Shown here piece by piece: positions 8,189 to 18,273 of a DNA stretch of 64,000 bases. The translations under genes and the position numbers were made by a program. The stretch lies in assembly GCA_964630905.1 (NCBI GenBank), contig CAZVWR010000006.1:6232-70231 (forward strand), in the 5' to 3' direction. This DNA is from an uncultured Spirochaetales bacterium. GTDB lineage: Bacteria > UBP6 > UBA1177. Numbering within the stretch: position 1 is the first letter of the stretch; every line of letters starts with the position of its first letter. The notes under the pieces are model-generated. The model saw only the letters and a list, made by a program, of their open reading frames with translations. It was not told the DNA's origin and did not search any database.

Positions 8189-11100
8189 TTATTCAATAAC
8201 AGTCAGTTTTTGTGACTGGTCGTTATGTTTCTGTTCGGGGTTGTAGTATGGGTTGACTGATGATTCGCCGGTCGCCCCTTCCATCGGATAGTCTGCAAGA
8301 AGTTCAAAATTGAATGTAGCGGTCGCGCCGTTTGCGATGTGGTTGATGTAGAGTATCACCTGTCTTGGTGTGGTTTCATATTTCTGGAGATATGTTCCTG
8401 CTTCAACAGCGGTATCAAGCTGTGCCGGAATAAGTGTGAATCCCGGTGCGATACCGATGCTTGCAAGGACCATGCTCACTCCGGCGTCACTTACATTTTT
8501 AACTGTGACTGTGACTCCGACTGTATCGTTCACATTCAGAGAGGTCTTGTCATAGTTGACATCAATCGTGAGCGGACCTGTTGAAGTGTCATCTTCACCC
8601 GGAATGTACCATGTTGCGGTTGCCTGATACATCATGCTTCCTTCACCTGTGAAATTGATCTCGATATTGTTCTCACCGTAAACAAGGTGCTCTTTGAAAT
8701 CGATCAGACGGAGCACATCAGAGTTTTCAGGAGTGATGACTATTGTGGTTTCAGGTGAACCGTTAGCACTCACTTTTACAGTCGCGTCAGCTTCTGAAGT
8801 GCCGTTGTTGAGCGATTCGATCATGAATCTCAATGCAAGGATAGTTCCCTGAGTCGTTGACCAGTTGCCGAAAGAATCCTTCTGTCTTACAAGCCAGTTA
8901 AGTATCTGACCTGCAACATCTGAATATCCGCCTTTGTCAAGAAGGAGAAGTCCTATAAGAGCGGTCGTTTCAAGATTTGCTCCATCGCCACTGCTGTAAG
9001 TCTCTGTATTTACAGTCTGTTCCCAGTGTGCTCCACCTTCTTCATCTTCGATTTTCTTGTCGAGGATGTCGCTGATGAGCTTATTTATGACAGTTGCACT
9101 TCCACCATTTTTTACAAGTGCGATAGCGGTCATTGCCATTGAATATGTGTCTTCAGCTTTTGAAGCGTTGTTTTCAAGATATTTCACAGCGTTCTTTCTT
9201 GCAGTTTCCTCTTTGTCAGCCCTTGAAAGTGCCCATGCTCCATAAGCTGTTGTTCTTAAAAGTGAATTCTCAAAATTATTTATCGCCCCTTCAGCAATTC
9301 CGCCGCTAGTAGGAATAAATGACCCGTCAGAGTTCTGTTTTGAAGCCATCCATGCCGCAGTTCTTGTGATAATGGCAGGATCGACCTCGTGGACTGCGCT
9401 CATGTCAACAAATTCAAGAAGTCCGTAAGCAGTGAGAACAAAATGGGCAGGTTCAGCACCGAACCATTCAAATCCGCCGCCAGTGACTTCATAAGTGAGA
9501 AGCCGCTGATAACCCTGAGTTATGAAATCCCTTGCCTTAAGCTCGATCTCAGGGGTCAGGGTATCCGTTGCGATCATGTACTGAAGCACAAGAATGTTCG
9601 GATATGTAGCAGATGAAGTCTGTTCAAAACAGCCGTAAGGCATCTGGAACATCGAATCAAGCCCTTCAACAGCCTGAGACATGATGCCGGGATAGATTTT
9701 AACAAAAAGTTCAGCACTGTCAGCGATCGCATTTTCAGGAATTGTGATCGTAATGCTCTTGTTTCCGTTCAGCAGTGCACTTTCCGATTTGTCAGCCATT
9801 ATTCCGTCAGGTTTTACGGTGACACTTCTTTTCACAGCGTCTGACATTTTTGAACCGTGTGCGAATACTGTGAGAGAGTGTTTTCCTATTTTAAGAACTT
9901 TTATCGGGAAATATGCGGCTGAAACCGAATTTGCCGGAACTGTCACTTCAATCGCGGATGAGCCTGTCATTTCAAACCACTCCTCAGAATCGGCTTCAAG
10001 AGTAATTTTCTGAGATTCATTAAGGTAATTGTAAATTCCGACAGGAACAGCAACTTCATCGTTTTGCGTAAGGAAAACAGGGAAATCAATGTCAACGAAG
10101 AAATCCTGGAAAACTCTTATGCTGTCAAGAGAACTGCCAAGACCGCCGTTCAAGCTGTTGGCAAGAGATGTAACTCTCCATGTGGTAATTGAGTCAGCCA
10201 TCAGCACTTCAAGTTCAGCGACGCCCTTTTCATCAGTAATGAGCTGAGGATTGTAGTAAAGCGTTTCAGGGAACCATTCACGAACTTTAACTTTTGCATT
10301 CGGTTCACCGCCGGTATCCCCTGAATCACCGCTGTCTCCGTTATCTTCAGGATCCCCGCCCGTTGCCGCTTCATCGCTTACCTCACCGTTATCCATTTCG
10401 CCCCATTGTGCTTCACAGACCTTTATTTCCATTGTGATGTCGTCTTTTGTTCCTGCTGTTTCATCAGGTCCTGCCGAGATCAGAGTTGCAAGAGCTTTTT
10501 CGTAATCTGCGGTTCCGGGAGTTCCCGACATGATGTTGTCCCACGGGTCGGTGTTTTCAGGTTTTGCGAGTATTTTATCAAGTTCTTCCTCAGAGATCGC
10601 TCCGTTTGTGCAGTCAGAAGTTTCGCCGTTATCAAGAGCTTTAAAAATTGCATCAGCTTTTGCTTTTGCCGCCGCCGTAGAAGCTGAAAGATATGCGTTT
10701 TCAGATTGGGAGTAGTCATCCGCCGCAACGCCGTGGCTTAAATTGCCCGCATTTCCTGCAAAGAACGCATCGGCTTTCTTTTCAATCTCTTCTGCCTGTT
10801 CTTCATCTTCAACAGGGGTTACGATCTCTTCATAACTTGTGCCGTAGATCGCATAAGTCGATTCCATCACAGAACTTTCGATGTTGAAATATGTCTGTTC
10901 CATTCCCGGAATGAAATCCATCACATGGAAGACGGCTTCATCAACCATTGCAACTCCGAGTGCCGCAACGACCGGTTTACCTTCAGCATCTTTTATTTTG
11001 AACTGCGCTTTTGCCGTTTCTCTAGGCTTATATTCTTCTTTATCAGTAGAGAATTCGATATTGAGCGAACTTGATCTTCTTACATACACTCCCTTGGAGG

Positions 11101-13072
11101 AACGGATGATATTTCCTTCTTTTGTAAGGTAATAAGCAAGAATTTCAACAGGTCCGTGCATCGTTTCATCAAGAGTGATGTCTGTGCTCCCTTTTCCTTC
11201 CTTGAATTCGACAGTCTTCATCAGTCTTATCTGCCCGTCTGCTATCACATCGATATACGCTCTGTCGGGAAGCATTGACGGCTGCGGCATTTCAGGGTCG
11301 TATCCCGTAAAAATGTTGACGGTCATCGTATCTCCGGTGCCATAAATAGACGAATCTGTCGAAAGGAATACAAATTCGCTGTTGTCGTCTTTGGTGAAAA
11401 TAACATCGCTTTCAAATGTCTTGTCTTCGTATTTTACTGTAACTTTTACAGCTTCAGAATCTGTGAGAGCCATTTTAAACTCTGCAAAACCGCTTTCGCC
11501 GACAGTTATCTTTTCGGAATTTTCACCTGCTTTTACAGTGACTTCAGCCGCGAGCGGAGTTCCGTTCGGATCGGTGAGTATGAAGTACATATCCTGCTCA
11601 ATTCCGGGAAGCATTTTTCCTGCGGCCGGAACAAGTGTTGCGATCACAGGGGCTTTTACAACTTTTATTGTTTTAACTGTGGACTGTTCGTGGTCTGCGG
11701 TATCTGTGACCGTTATCTCAAATTTTACGGTTGCCTTTCCCTGATCAAGCTCGCTTCCTGTAAAATAGTCAGGAAGTTTTGCCTCAAAATTATATTTTCC
11801 ATCTTTAGTCAGAGTTGCATCAATTATTTTCACAGTATTTTCAGACACATCGAAAGTTTTTACTTCGATATGGACACTTCCTCCGCTCACCGGCTTTCCG
11901 TAGAAATAATTTGAAGTTATAGATCCTTTTACAGTTTCGCCGGGCATGTAAAAGCCTTTGTCGGCTTTGAAATCTATCCCGAACTTAGGAAGCACATATC
12001 TTTCGACAGTTATGGTCTTTTCAGAAGAAATATTCCCGTCAACTAAAGCAGAAATTGTGTAATTTCCGAGATTTACAAGATTTGCAAGTTTGAAGTCGGC
12101 GGCAAATATTCCGTATCCGCTGGTTTTTCCCTTTTCTTTATATACTTTATTGCCTTTCGGGTCGGTTATTTCAAGAGTTATGTCGCTGTCTGTGATCGGG
12201 TTCTTTGCAGGAAGTTCAAGTGAAAGTGTCCTGATGTGAATTGTCTGACCGGGCTGATAGAGAGGTTTGTCGGTTGTCAGAAGTATTTTGCTCAGTTGTT
12301 CCGCAACAACTTCAGTTTCAACGCTTCTTGTTCCGTATGCGGTTTCAGTTGTCACCACCATTTTAAGGGTGCCGAAAACCGATTCATCAACAGAAACAGG
12401 GACGGATGCCATTCCGGATTCATCAGTTTTTGCAGTGAATGTTCCGACAAGTTCCTCTCCGCTGAAAAGTTCGACATTGAGGTCTTTGTTCATGATAGGG
12501 TCGCCGCTCATTATCGGGTCGCCAGAAAGGACATCATTAACAAAAAGACGGAAAATTGATTCTTCACCCTTAATTATCTGAGCACTTCCAAGTATCTGGG
12601 TTTTTATTCTGGGTGATATCCGAAACATTGAAAGTTTGCCGTTGAGGTCGTAATCACTCCATTTTATTGAATATTTCATTAACAGGTTCGAAAGGTCCTC
12701 AAGCCCCGGAACATAATCTTTTCCGAGTTCGATTACTATTTCATTTGTAAGTGGAGTAATTGTCGATTTCACAGATCTTGTCAGATTTTCCACATTCGTT
12801 CCGTCAAGCTTGTCCACATTGACTGAAATATCGGCCATGATCGAAGGTGAGCTGCTTTCAAGCTGTGCAGGAATGTTAAGAAGGTATTTTTCCGATTCAT
12901 AGGAAATATAGATCTTAGCTTCATTTACTTCAAGAGGCCCTACTTTTATGACCCGGTCGCTTTCATCGTCAAAAGGATTTTTCTTTTTTCCTGTCTTAGA
13001 AGCCGAATTTTCACAGGAAAAAAGAAAAACAGCAAAAATCGTCATAATTACTGTCAAAAACTTAACTTTCAT
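8189..13072 (-). CDS. alpha-2-macroglobulin family lipoprotein with a thioester motif
   Basis: 1627 aa. Lipobox LFSC. The thioester-type motif is MPYGCFEQT (CxEQ). The large size and Ig-like repeat composition fit bacterial A2M. RBS GGGGAGAG lies upstream of the start. Confidence 0.8.
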   Translation of the reverse strand: MKVKFLTVIMTIFAVFLFSCENSASKTGKKKNPFDDESDRVIKVGPLEVNEAKIYISYESEKYLLNIPAQLESSSPSIMADISVNVDKLDGTNVENLTRSVKSTITPLTNEIVIELGKDYVPGLEDLSNLLMKYSIKWSDYDLNGKLSMFRISPRIKTQILGSAQIIKGEESIFRLFVNDVLSGDPIMSGDPIMNKDLNVELFSGEELVGTFTAKTDESGMASVPVSVDESVFGTLKMVVTTETAYGTRSVETEVVAEQLSKILLTTDKPLYQPGQTIHIRTLSLELPAKNPITDSDITLEITDPKGNKVYKEKGKTSGYGIFAADFKLANLVNLGNYTISALVDGNISSEKTITVERYVLPKFGIDFKADKGFYMPGETVKGSITSNYFYGKPVSGGSVHIEVKTFDVSENTVKIIDATLTKDGKYNFEAKLPDYFTGSELDQGKATVKFEITVTDTADHEQSTVKTIKVVKAPVIATLVPAAGKMLPGIEQDMYFILTDPNGTPLAAEVTVKAGENSEKITVGESGFAEFKMALTDSEAVKVTVKYEDKTFESDVIFTKDDNSEFVFLSTDSSIYGTGDTMTVNIFTGYDPEMPQPSMLPDRAYIDVIADGQIRLMKTVEFKEGKGSTDITLDETMHGPVEILAYYLTKEGNIIRSSKGVYVRRSSSLNIEFSTDKEEYKPRETAKAQFKIKDAEGKPVVAALGVAMVDEAVFHVMDFIPGMEQTYFNIESSVMESTYAIYGTSYEEIVTPVEDEEQAEEIEKKADAFFAGNAGNLSHGVAADDYSQSENAYLSASTAAAKAKADAIFKALDNGETSDCTNGAISEEELDKILAKPENTDPWDNIMSGTPGTADYEKALATLISAGPDETAGTKDDITMEIKVCEAQWGEMDNGEVSDEAATGGDPEDNGDSGDSGDTGGEPNAKVKVREWFPETLYYNPQLITDEKGVAELEVLMADSITTWRVTSLANSLNGGLGSSLDSIRVFQDFFVDIDFPVFLTQNDEVAVPVGIYNYLNESQKITLEADSEEWFEMTGSSAIEVTVPANSVSAAYFPIKVLKIGKHSLTVFAHGSKMSDAVKRSVTVKPDGIMADKSESALLNGNKSITITIPENAIADSAELFVKIYPGIMSQAVEGLDSMFQMPYGCFEQTSSATYPNILVLQYMIATDTLTPEIELKARDFITQGYQRLLTYEVTGGGFEWFGAEPAHFVLTAYGLLEFVDMSAVHEVDPAIITRTAAWMASKQNSDGSFIPTSGGIAEGAINNFENSLLRTTAYGAWALSRADKEETARKNAVKYLENNASKAEDTYSMAMTAIALVKNGGSATVINKLISDILDKKIEDEEGGAHWEQTVNTETYSSGDGANLETTALIGLLLLDKGGYSDVAGQILNWLVRQKDSFGNWSTTQGTILALRFMIESLNNGTSEADATVKVSANGSPETTIVITPENSDVLRLIDFKEHLVYGENNIEINFTGEGSMMYQATATWYIPGEDDTSTGPLTIDVNYDKTSLNVNDTVGVTVTVKNVSDAGVSMVLASIGIAPGFTLIPAQLDTAVEAGTYLQKYETTPRQVILYINHIANGATATFNFELLADYPMEGATGESSVNPYYNPEQKHNDQSQKLTVIE

Positions 13073-13324
13073 GGTTCTCTCCCCATATTGTTAAAAAAAA
13101 CAAGTGGCTCTTTAGTTCTATAAACAGCGGAAATTTATTTAAATATTCTACTCAAGATGCGATTTTTTACAAAAAAAACCATTCGTCTGGAAGAAAATCT
13201 GTTTTATGGAAACAAAAATAGTTGAACGATTGAGCAAATGTTCAAGTAAGTGTCTGGACTATTTGACTAAAACCGGTTTTTGATATAATCTTTTGCGGTT
13301 TTAAATGAATTTTTCAAAGGTCTT

Positions 13325-15436
13325 ATGAAGGTTACGATTCTGATTTTCACACTTTTTCTGTTTTCCTGCAATTCGGGCAATTCAACATTGGATACAGATA
13401 ATTTTTCTGATGCTGACAGTTCTGATTATGATGAAGCTGAAGATGTTTGTGATAATGATATTGAAGAGTTAATTGACGAAGAGCCGGACGAAATTCCTGA
13501 TATTGTCTATCCTGAGCCGACATGTATTGAAATATATGAGGGAGATCCGAAATCAAAATTGTGTTTCGGTCCTGTGAAAACAAAAGTGAAATGCAACGGT
13601 TTTCCCAAAGACGGAGAGTACACAATCATTCTTAATGAAAACAACCTTATCGGCAACACAAGTGATCCGATGGATATAAATGATGATTTTGTGTTTTTTC
13701 CGATTTATCCTAAAAATGAGAATATCCGTGCAAACATTTATGGCTGCAATAGGCTTGACGGATATCTTTATGAAATTGTTTCTTCCAAATACAACCATCA
13801 GTATTTCACTGTTGATCATAATTTGATAGTTTTTATGGTATGGGATTCAGACTCTAAACTATTGCTGGGGAATCTTATAACAAATGAACTTAAGGAATTG
13901 AAAGACTGGGGAGGGCATGGAAAACTTCAATTAAACTATCCTTATCTTACTTATCTTGGCGGTGTTAGAAATCCACGGATTCTTAACCTTGAAACAAATG
14001 AAACGGCAGAGCTTAACTGGCTGAAAGGACCGTTTCCGAGGAATGACGGGAAACATCTTGTGCTGACCGGTTATTATAAACAGCCGGGAGAGGGAGATGA
14101 TGACACTCCTTTCGGGTCAGCCGCATGGATAGTTGATATGGAGACACTTGAAACAAGGCCTCTTAATGTTACGGCTTCATTTGCCGAAGGAGTTGTCAAT
14201 ATAGAAGGCGATTATGTTTTTATCGGTTCAGGTCGAGATACGGTTTATTATGAAGACTATCCGATGCAGTACAGCGGAATGGATATTTACACATTCAACC
14301 TTAAAACAAAACGGGAAGAAAAGATGACTCCTGAGATAAAAGGGATCTTTGAAGGGAACAGCATTAGACCGAGCTTTGAATATCCATATTTTCATTATGT
14401 TTCGAATGAGGATGACTATCTGTACAGCGGAGGAAGTTTTATTTACAATATTGAAACAGAGGAAGTAACTCCCTTCTGGGAAGGGACAGGAGATCAGTGG
14501 ATTTACATAAAAAACAGATATGTTCTGATGGGCAGTAATTATCGTCATGGGTTATCAAAAATATCCAATCTTCCCAGAGAACATGACGACAGTCAGTGTC
14601 ATGACAACAATATCTGCACCGATGACAGATATTTTGTAACAGACGGAAAATGTCATTTTATACCCAACCATGAAAGATGTGATGACAATGATGTTGATAC
14701 ACTTCTTGATGTCTGCGTTGAAGGGATCTGTCAGGGATACTCAGGAACAGGCACAGATGAAGGAATGGTTTATGTCACTGCCGGCAGTTTTATTTATGAC
14801 GGACTTGAATTCAGGATAAAAAAACCGTTTATGATGGATATATTTGAAGTTACCAACAGTGATTATGAAAAATGTGTTGAATCAAAAGCATGTGTCCAGC
14901 CGTTAAAGAACCGTTCGCTGACAGTGATAGATTATTATGGCAATCCGCTTTATGACAACTATCCTGTTCTTTATGTGAACCATTATGAAGCGCAAATCTA
15001 CTGCAACTGGCTCGGAAAAAGACTACCCACCGAATTTGAATGGATGAAAGCGACATGGGACGGCACAGAGAAAACTTATCTCTGGGGAGAAGAGGAACCG
15101 ACAACAACGAATTATTATGCAAGAACAACAACAGGTTTTCTTGGAGCCGTCGGATATGATGTTGTCGAAGTCGGTACATTCCCTGTTGATAAAACAGTTT
15201 CCGGAATTATGGACATGTCAGGCAATGTCGGAGAGTGGACAACAAGTGAATGGAACTATGACCTCTGTGTTGAACCACCTTGTGAAGGATATTTCGGCTC
15301 AGACCTTGTCGTTGTCAAAGGCGGAGGAACTGACACCGGACCTGAACTTAAAACCAGACACCCCTACACTCCGTGGACACACTCATTTTTTACCGGATTC
15401 CGATGTGTGAAAGATGTGGGAATAAAACTTGATTGA
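13325..15436 (+). CDS. lipoprotein with a C-terminal formylglycine-generating-enzyme (FGE-sulfatase / C-type-lectin-fold) domain
   Basis: Lipobox LFLFSC. The C-terminal ~220 aa carry RLPTEFEWMKA, GNVGEWT and GFRCV motifs of the FGE-sulfatase fold. The ~480-aa N-terminal region is unassigned. Confidence 0.65.
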   Translation: MKVTILIFTLFLFSCNSGNSTLDTDNFSDADSSDYDEAEDVCDNDIEELIDEEPDEIPDIVYPEPTCIEIYEGDPKSKLCFGPVKTKVKCNGFPKDGEYTIILNENNLIGNTSDPMDINDDFVFFPIYPKNENIRANIYGCNRLDGYLYEIVSSKYNHQYFTVDHNLIVFMVWDSDSKLLLGNLITNELKELKDWGGHGKLQLNYPYLTYLGGVRNPRILNLETNETAELNWLKGPFPRNDGKHLVLTGYYKQPGEGDDDTPFGSAAWIVDMETLETRPLNVTASFAEGVVNIEGDYVFIGSGRDTVYYEDYPMQYSGMDIYTFNLKTKREEKMTPEIKGIFEGNSIRPSFEYPYFHYVSNEDDYLYSGGSFIYNIETEEVTPFWEGTGDQWIYIKNRYVLMGSNYRHGLSKISNLPREHDDSQCHDNNICTDDRYFVTDGKCHFIPNHERCDDNDVDTLLDVCVEGICQGYSGTGTDEGMVYVTAGSFIYDGLEFRIKKPFMMDIFEVTNSDYEKCVESKACVQPLKNRSLTVIDYYGNPLYDNYPVLYVNHYEAQIYCNWLGKRLPTEFEWMKATWDGTEKTYLWGEEEPTTTNYYARTTTGFLGAVGYDVVEVGTFPVDKTVSGIMDMSGNVGEWTTSEWNYDLCVEPPCEGYFGSDLVVVKGGGTDTGPELKTRHPYTPWTHSFFTGFRCVKDVGIKLD

Positions 15437-15549
15437 TTCCTGCTTTTTGGGTTGCTGCTATAAACAAATCTTAAAATTGTTATTTATGTTAAATTATGTA
15501 AAATATCTGCGTATTCAGGTTTATTACTTTTTTTGATAGGGAGTGAAAG

Positions 15550-16869
15550 ATGAAACTCAATCTGTTTATCGCTGTTATTTCAGCGGTTTTCTTTTTTATG
15601 GGCTGTTCAAGTGGTGAAAGCAAAACAAATGATGACTCCAAAACTGATGATTTTGTGAAGACAGATGACGAGGCGGTGATAGACAACGAAGTGACAGACG
15701 ATGCAGTTGATCCGGTCTGTGGCAATGCAACTGTTGAAACAGGCGAAGTTTGTGACGGCGGTGAGAAGGATTGCAAAGTTCTTGATTCAGCAAAATGGGG
15801 TTCAGGCAAAGCGGCATGCAAAACCGACTGTTCAGGATATGACGAAACAAACTGTGTTGAAATAGTACTTTGCGGAAATGAAACTGTCGATACAGGTGAA
15901 GAGTGTGACACAAAAGATGAAATACCATGTGAATCAATAGATGTGATCTATGTTTCAGGAACGGCAACATGTTCTGATGAATGCAAAATGGATCTTACAG
16001 GCTGTGTAAAAAAATGCGGTAACGGGACAGTCGATGAAGGCGAAGATTGCGAATATAAAGAAGGTGAAGAGACGCAGTATTCCATCAGTTGTCACAAACT
16101 GAGCTGGCTTGAATATAAAAGCGGTGACGCTGTCTGCGGAACTGACTGCAAATGGGATAAAACCGCATGTGTGGCTCTTGATGTTGTTCCTCAGTACGGA
16201 GTTCTTACCAAGATAGGACTTAATGAAGTTGGCACGATTACTGATTCAAAAAAGTTGTGTGTACCAAAAGAAGGCGAAGATGGATGCGATTTCGATGCTC
16301 AGTATGCGTTAGGTGCTGTAAAAAAAGGTCCGGATATATCAGGAAGCTATGGTAACAACAAAACATTCCTTCAAAAACCCAATATATTTTCAGGAAAAAC
16401 AGGCGACAAATACAGTCTTGCAGTAAACAAGGGATTTGATCCGCTTCCGGAGAAGTTTTTTACGCTCTTTGCTTCAATTGCATATACTCCAATCACTTTT
16501 GATAATATCGAAATGTTTGGACCTCAGGTGGTGTTGATGTTCAATTCCGAAACGATTCCCAACACAACGCCAGGCACAGAAGATTACTATAATATCGGTG
16601 GAATAGGAGATGATGATATAATTATTGCTATCGGTGAACAGTTTGTTTCTTCTGATACGATAGATGTGGATTCGCTCTGTATTGCCGCAATCGCTTTTGG
16701 AAAGAAAATGGTGGTTTCCAATGCATTCAATGTTATGCAGGATGGCGGCGGCGGATCCATAACTTTTTCAGGTTTTGACATTCCCCTTTACCACCCGACC
16801 GAAACTCCGCTTGGAGATCTTACTGAAATGGTTAAGGAATACGGACTTGAGAACATTTGCGACAAATAA
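15550..16869 (+). CDS. lipoprotein with four ~48-aa six-cysteine repeats (Myxococcus Cys-rich-repeat-like), plus a C-terminal domain
   Basis: Signal and lipobox FFFMGCSS. Four copies of CGN..V(E/D)TGE.CD....C..ID...Y.G.A.C..DCSG.D...C. It is a paralog of 49926-51308. Confidence 0.6.
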   Translation: MKLNLFIAVISAVFFFMGCSSGESKTNDDSKTDDFVKTDDEAVIDNEVTDDAVDPVCGNATVETGEVCDGGEKDCKVLDSAKWGSGKAACKTDCSGYDETNCVEIVLCGNETVDTGEECDTKDEIPCESIDVIYVSGTATCSDECKMDLTGCVKKCGNGTVDEGEDCEYKEGEETQYSISCHKLSWLEYKSGDAVCGTDCKWDKTACVALDVVPQYGVLTKIGLNEVGTITDSKKLCVPKEGEDGCDFDAQYALGAVKKGPDISGSYGNNKTFLQKPNIFSGKTGDKYSLAVNKGFDPLPEKFFTLFASIAYTPITFDNIEMFGPQVVLMFNSETIPNTTPGTEDYYNIGGIGDDDIIIAIGEQFVSSDTIDVDSLCIAAIAFGKKMVVSNAFNVMQDGGGGSITFSGFDIPLYHPTETPLGDLTEMVKEYGLENICDK

Positions 16870-16884
16870 AACAGGGGGCGTAAA

Positions 16885-18261
16885 ATGAAAATCAACAGAA
16901 CAATTTTCAGACAGTATGATGTTCGTGGACATGTCAATGTGGACCTGACAGAGGATTTTGCATACAGCCTTGCAAGAGGATGTGCCGCATATTATAAAAA
17001 AGAACTTCCTTCAATTAAAAAAGTGAGCATCGGTCATGACGCAAGAGAAAGTTCACCCCTTTTTGCTAGTGCACTCATCAAAGGTTTCAACGACAGCGGA
17101 ATAGATACAGTTTTCATCGGAATGGTTCCCACCGGTCTTCTTTATTTTTCGATGTTCAACCTTGATGTGCAGGCATCGGTCATGATAACGGGAAGCCACA
17201 ATCCGCCTGAATACAACGGTTTTAAGATCAATCTTATTGACCTTCCTGTTTACGGAGACGGCATACAGAAGATAGCTGATATCATGGAAGGAGATGATTT
17301 CATCGACGCGAAAGTCAAAGGGAAGAATAGTGAATACAACATCATTCCCGATTTTGAAAAGTATATTCTCAAAAACATAAAAATTCAAAATCCTGAGAAA
17401 TTAAAGATAGTTGTGGATTCAGGCAATGGAGTTGGCGGTTTTGTCGCAGTTCCTATCTTAAGAAAAATGGGTGTAAATGTCATAAGTATTTTTGAAGAGC
17501 CGGATGGAACTTTCCCCAACCATCATCCCGACCCGACAGTTGAAAAATATATTCAGGACATGATAAAGACAGTCATTGCTGAAAAAGCTGATTTCGGTAT
17601 CGGTTATGACGGTGATGCAGACAGGATCGGACTTGTTGACCGTAACGGAAAGATAATCTGGGGTGATAAAATTCTCACTATTTTTGCCAGAAGTATCCTT
17701 GAAGAAGTCCCAGGCGCAACGATAGTAGGTGAGGTTAAATGCAGCAAGACTCTTTATGACGATATTAAGAAAAGGGGCGGAAAAGGGATAATGTGGAAAG
17801 CAGGACATTCGCTTATCAAAGCAAAGATGAAAGAGACCGGAGCCGCATTCGGCGGAGAGATGAGCGGACACATATTTTTCAAGCACCGCTTTTTCGGATA
17901 TGACTGTGCGATATATTCAACTTTCAGACTTCTTGAGATAGTTTCAAAAATGGAGATTGTCGATTTTGACAAACTTCTCGTTGGAATTCCTGAAACTTTT
18001 TCAACGCCTGAGATCAGAGTTGAAGTTGATGACCTTAAAAAATTCGGGATTGTAGAAAATGTCGTCAAATATTTCAAAAATGAAGGACTTGATGTGAATG
18101 ATATTGACGGAGTAAGGGTCACTTTCGATGACGGCTGGGGGCTGATGCGTCCGAGCAACACCCAGAATGTAATAGTGCTTAGAGTCGAAGCTGATTCGTT
18201 GAAAAGAATGAATGAAATAAAAGAGTTACTTGAAAGAAAACTTGATGAGTACAACAGATAA
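16885..18261 (+). CDS. phosphomannomutase/phosphoglucomutase (alpha-D-phosphohexomutase)
   Basis: Active-site loop [13 protein letters not shown], four-domain length (458 aa). It heads the glycogen cluster. Confidence 0.85.
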   Translation: MKINRTIFRQYDVRGHVNVDLTEDFAYSLARGCAAYYKKELPSIKKVSIGHDARESSPLFASALIKGFNDSGIDTVFIGMVPTGLLYFSMFNLDVQASVMITGSHNPPEYNGFKINLIDLPVYGDGIQKIADIMEGDDFIDAKVKGKNSEYNIIPDFEKYILKNIKIQNPEKLKIVVDSGNGVGGFVAVPILRKMGVNVISIFEEPDGTFPNHHPDPTVEKYIQDMIKTVIAEKADFGIGYDGDADRIGLVDRNGKIIWGDKILTIFARSILEEVPGATIVGEVKCSKTLYDDIKKRGGKGIMWKAGHSLIKAKMKETGAAFGGEMSGHIFFKHRFFGYDCAIYSTFRLLEIVSKMEIVDFDKLLVGIPETFSTPEIRVEVDDLKKFGIVENVVKYFKNEGLDVNDIDGVRVTFDDGWGLMRPSNTQNVIVLRVEADSLKRMNEIKELLERKLDEYNR

Positions 18262-18273
18262 CCGGAGTAATAC

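Noticed and set aside
8339-12581. Numerous 60-120-aa plus-strand ORFs inside 8189-13072
   Set aside because: They are antisense to the well-supported alpha-2-macroglobulin gene, which has the thioester motif, a lipobox and an RBS. None has a start-site context or a motif.
13325-15436. DGR (diversity-generating retroelement) hypothesis for the FGE-fold lipoprotein plus the Avd-like gene at 52852
   Set aside because: There is no reverse transcriptase ORF in the window and no repeated copy of the C-terminal coding region (TR/VR pair) that I could find by eye. The two genes are 37 kb apart. It is kept only as a low-priority genome-wide check.
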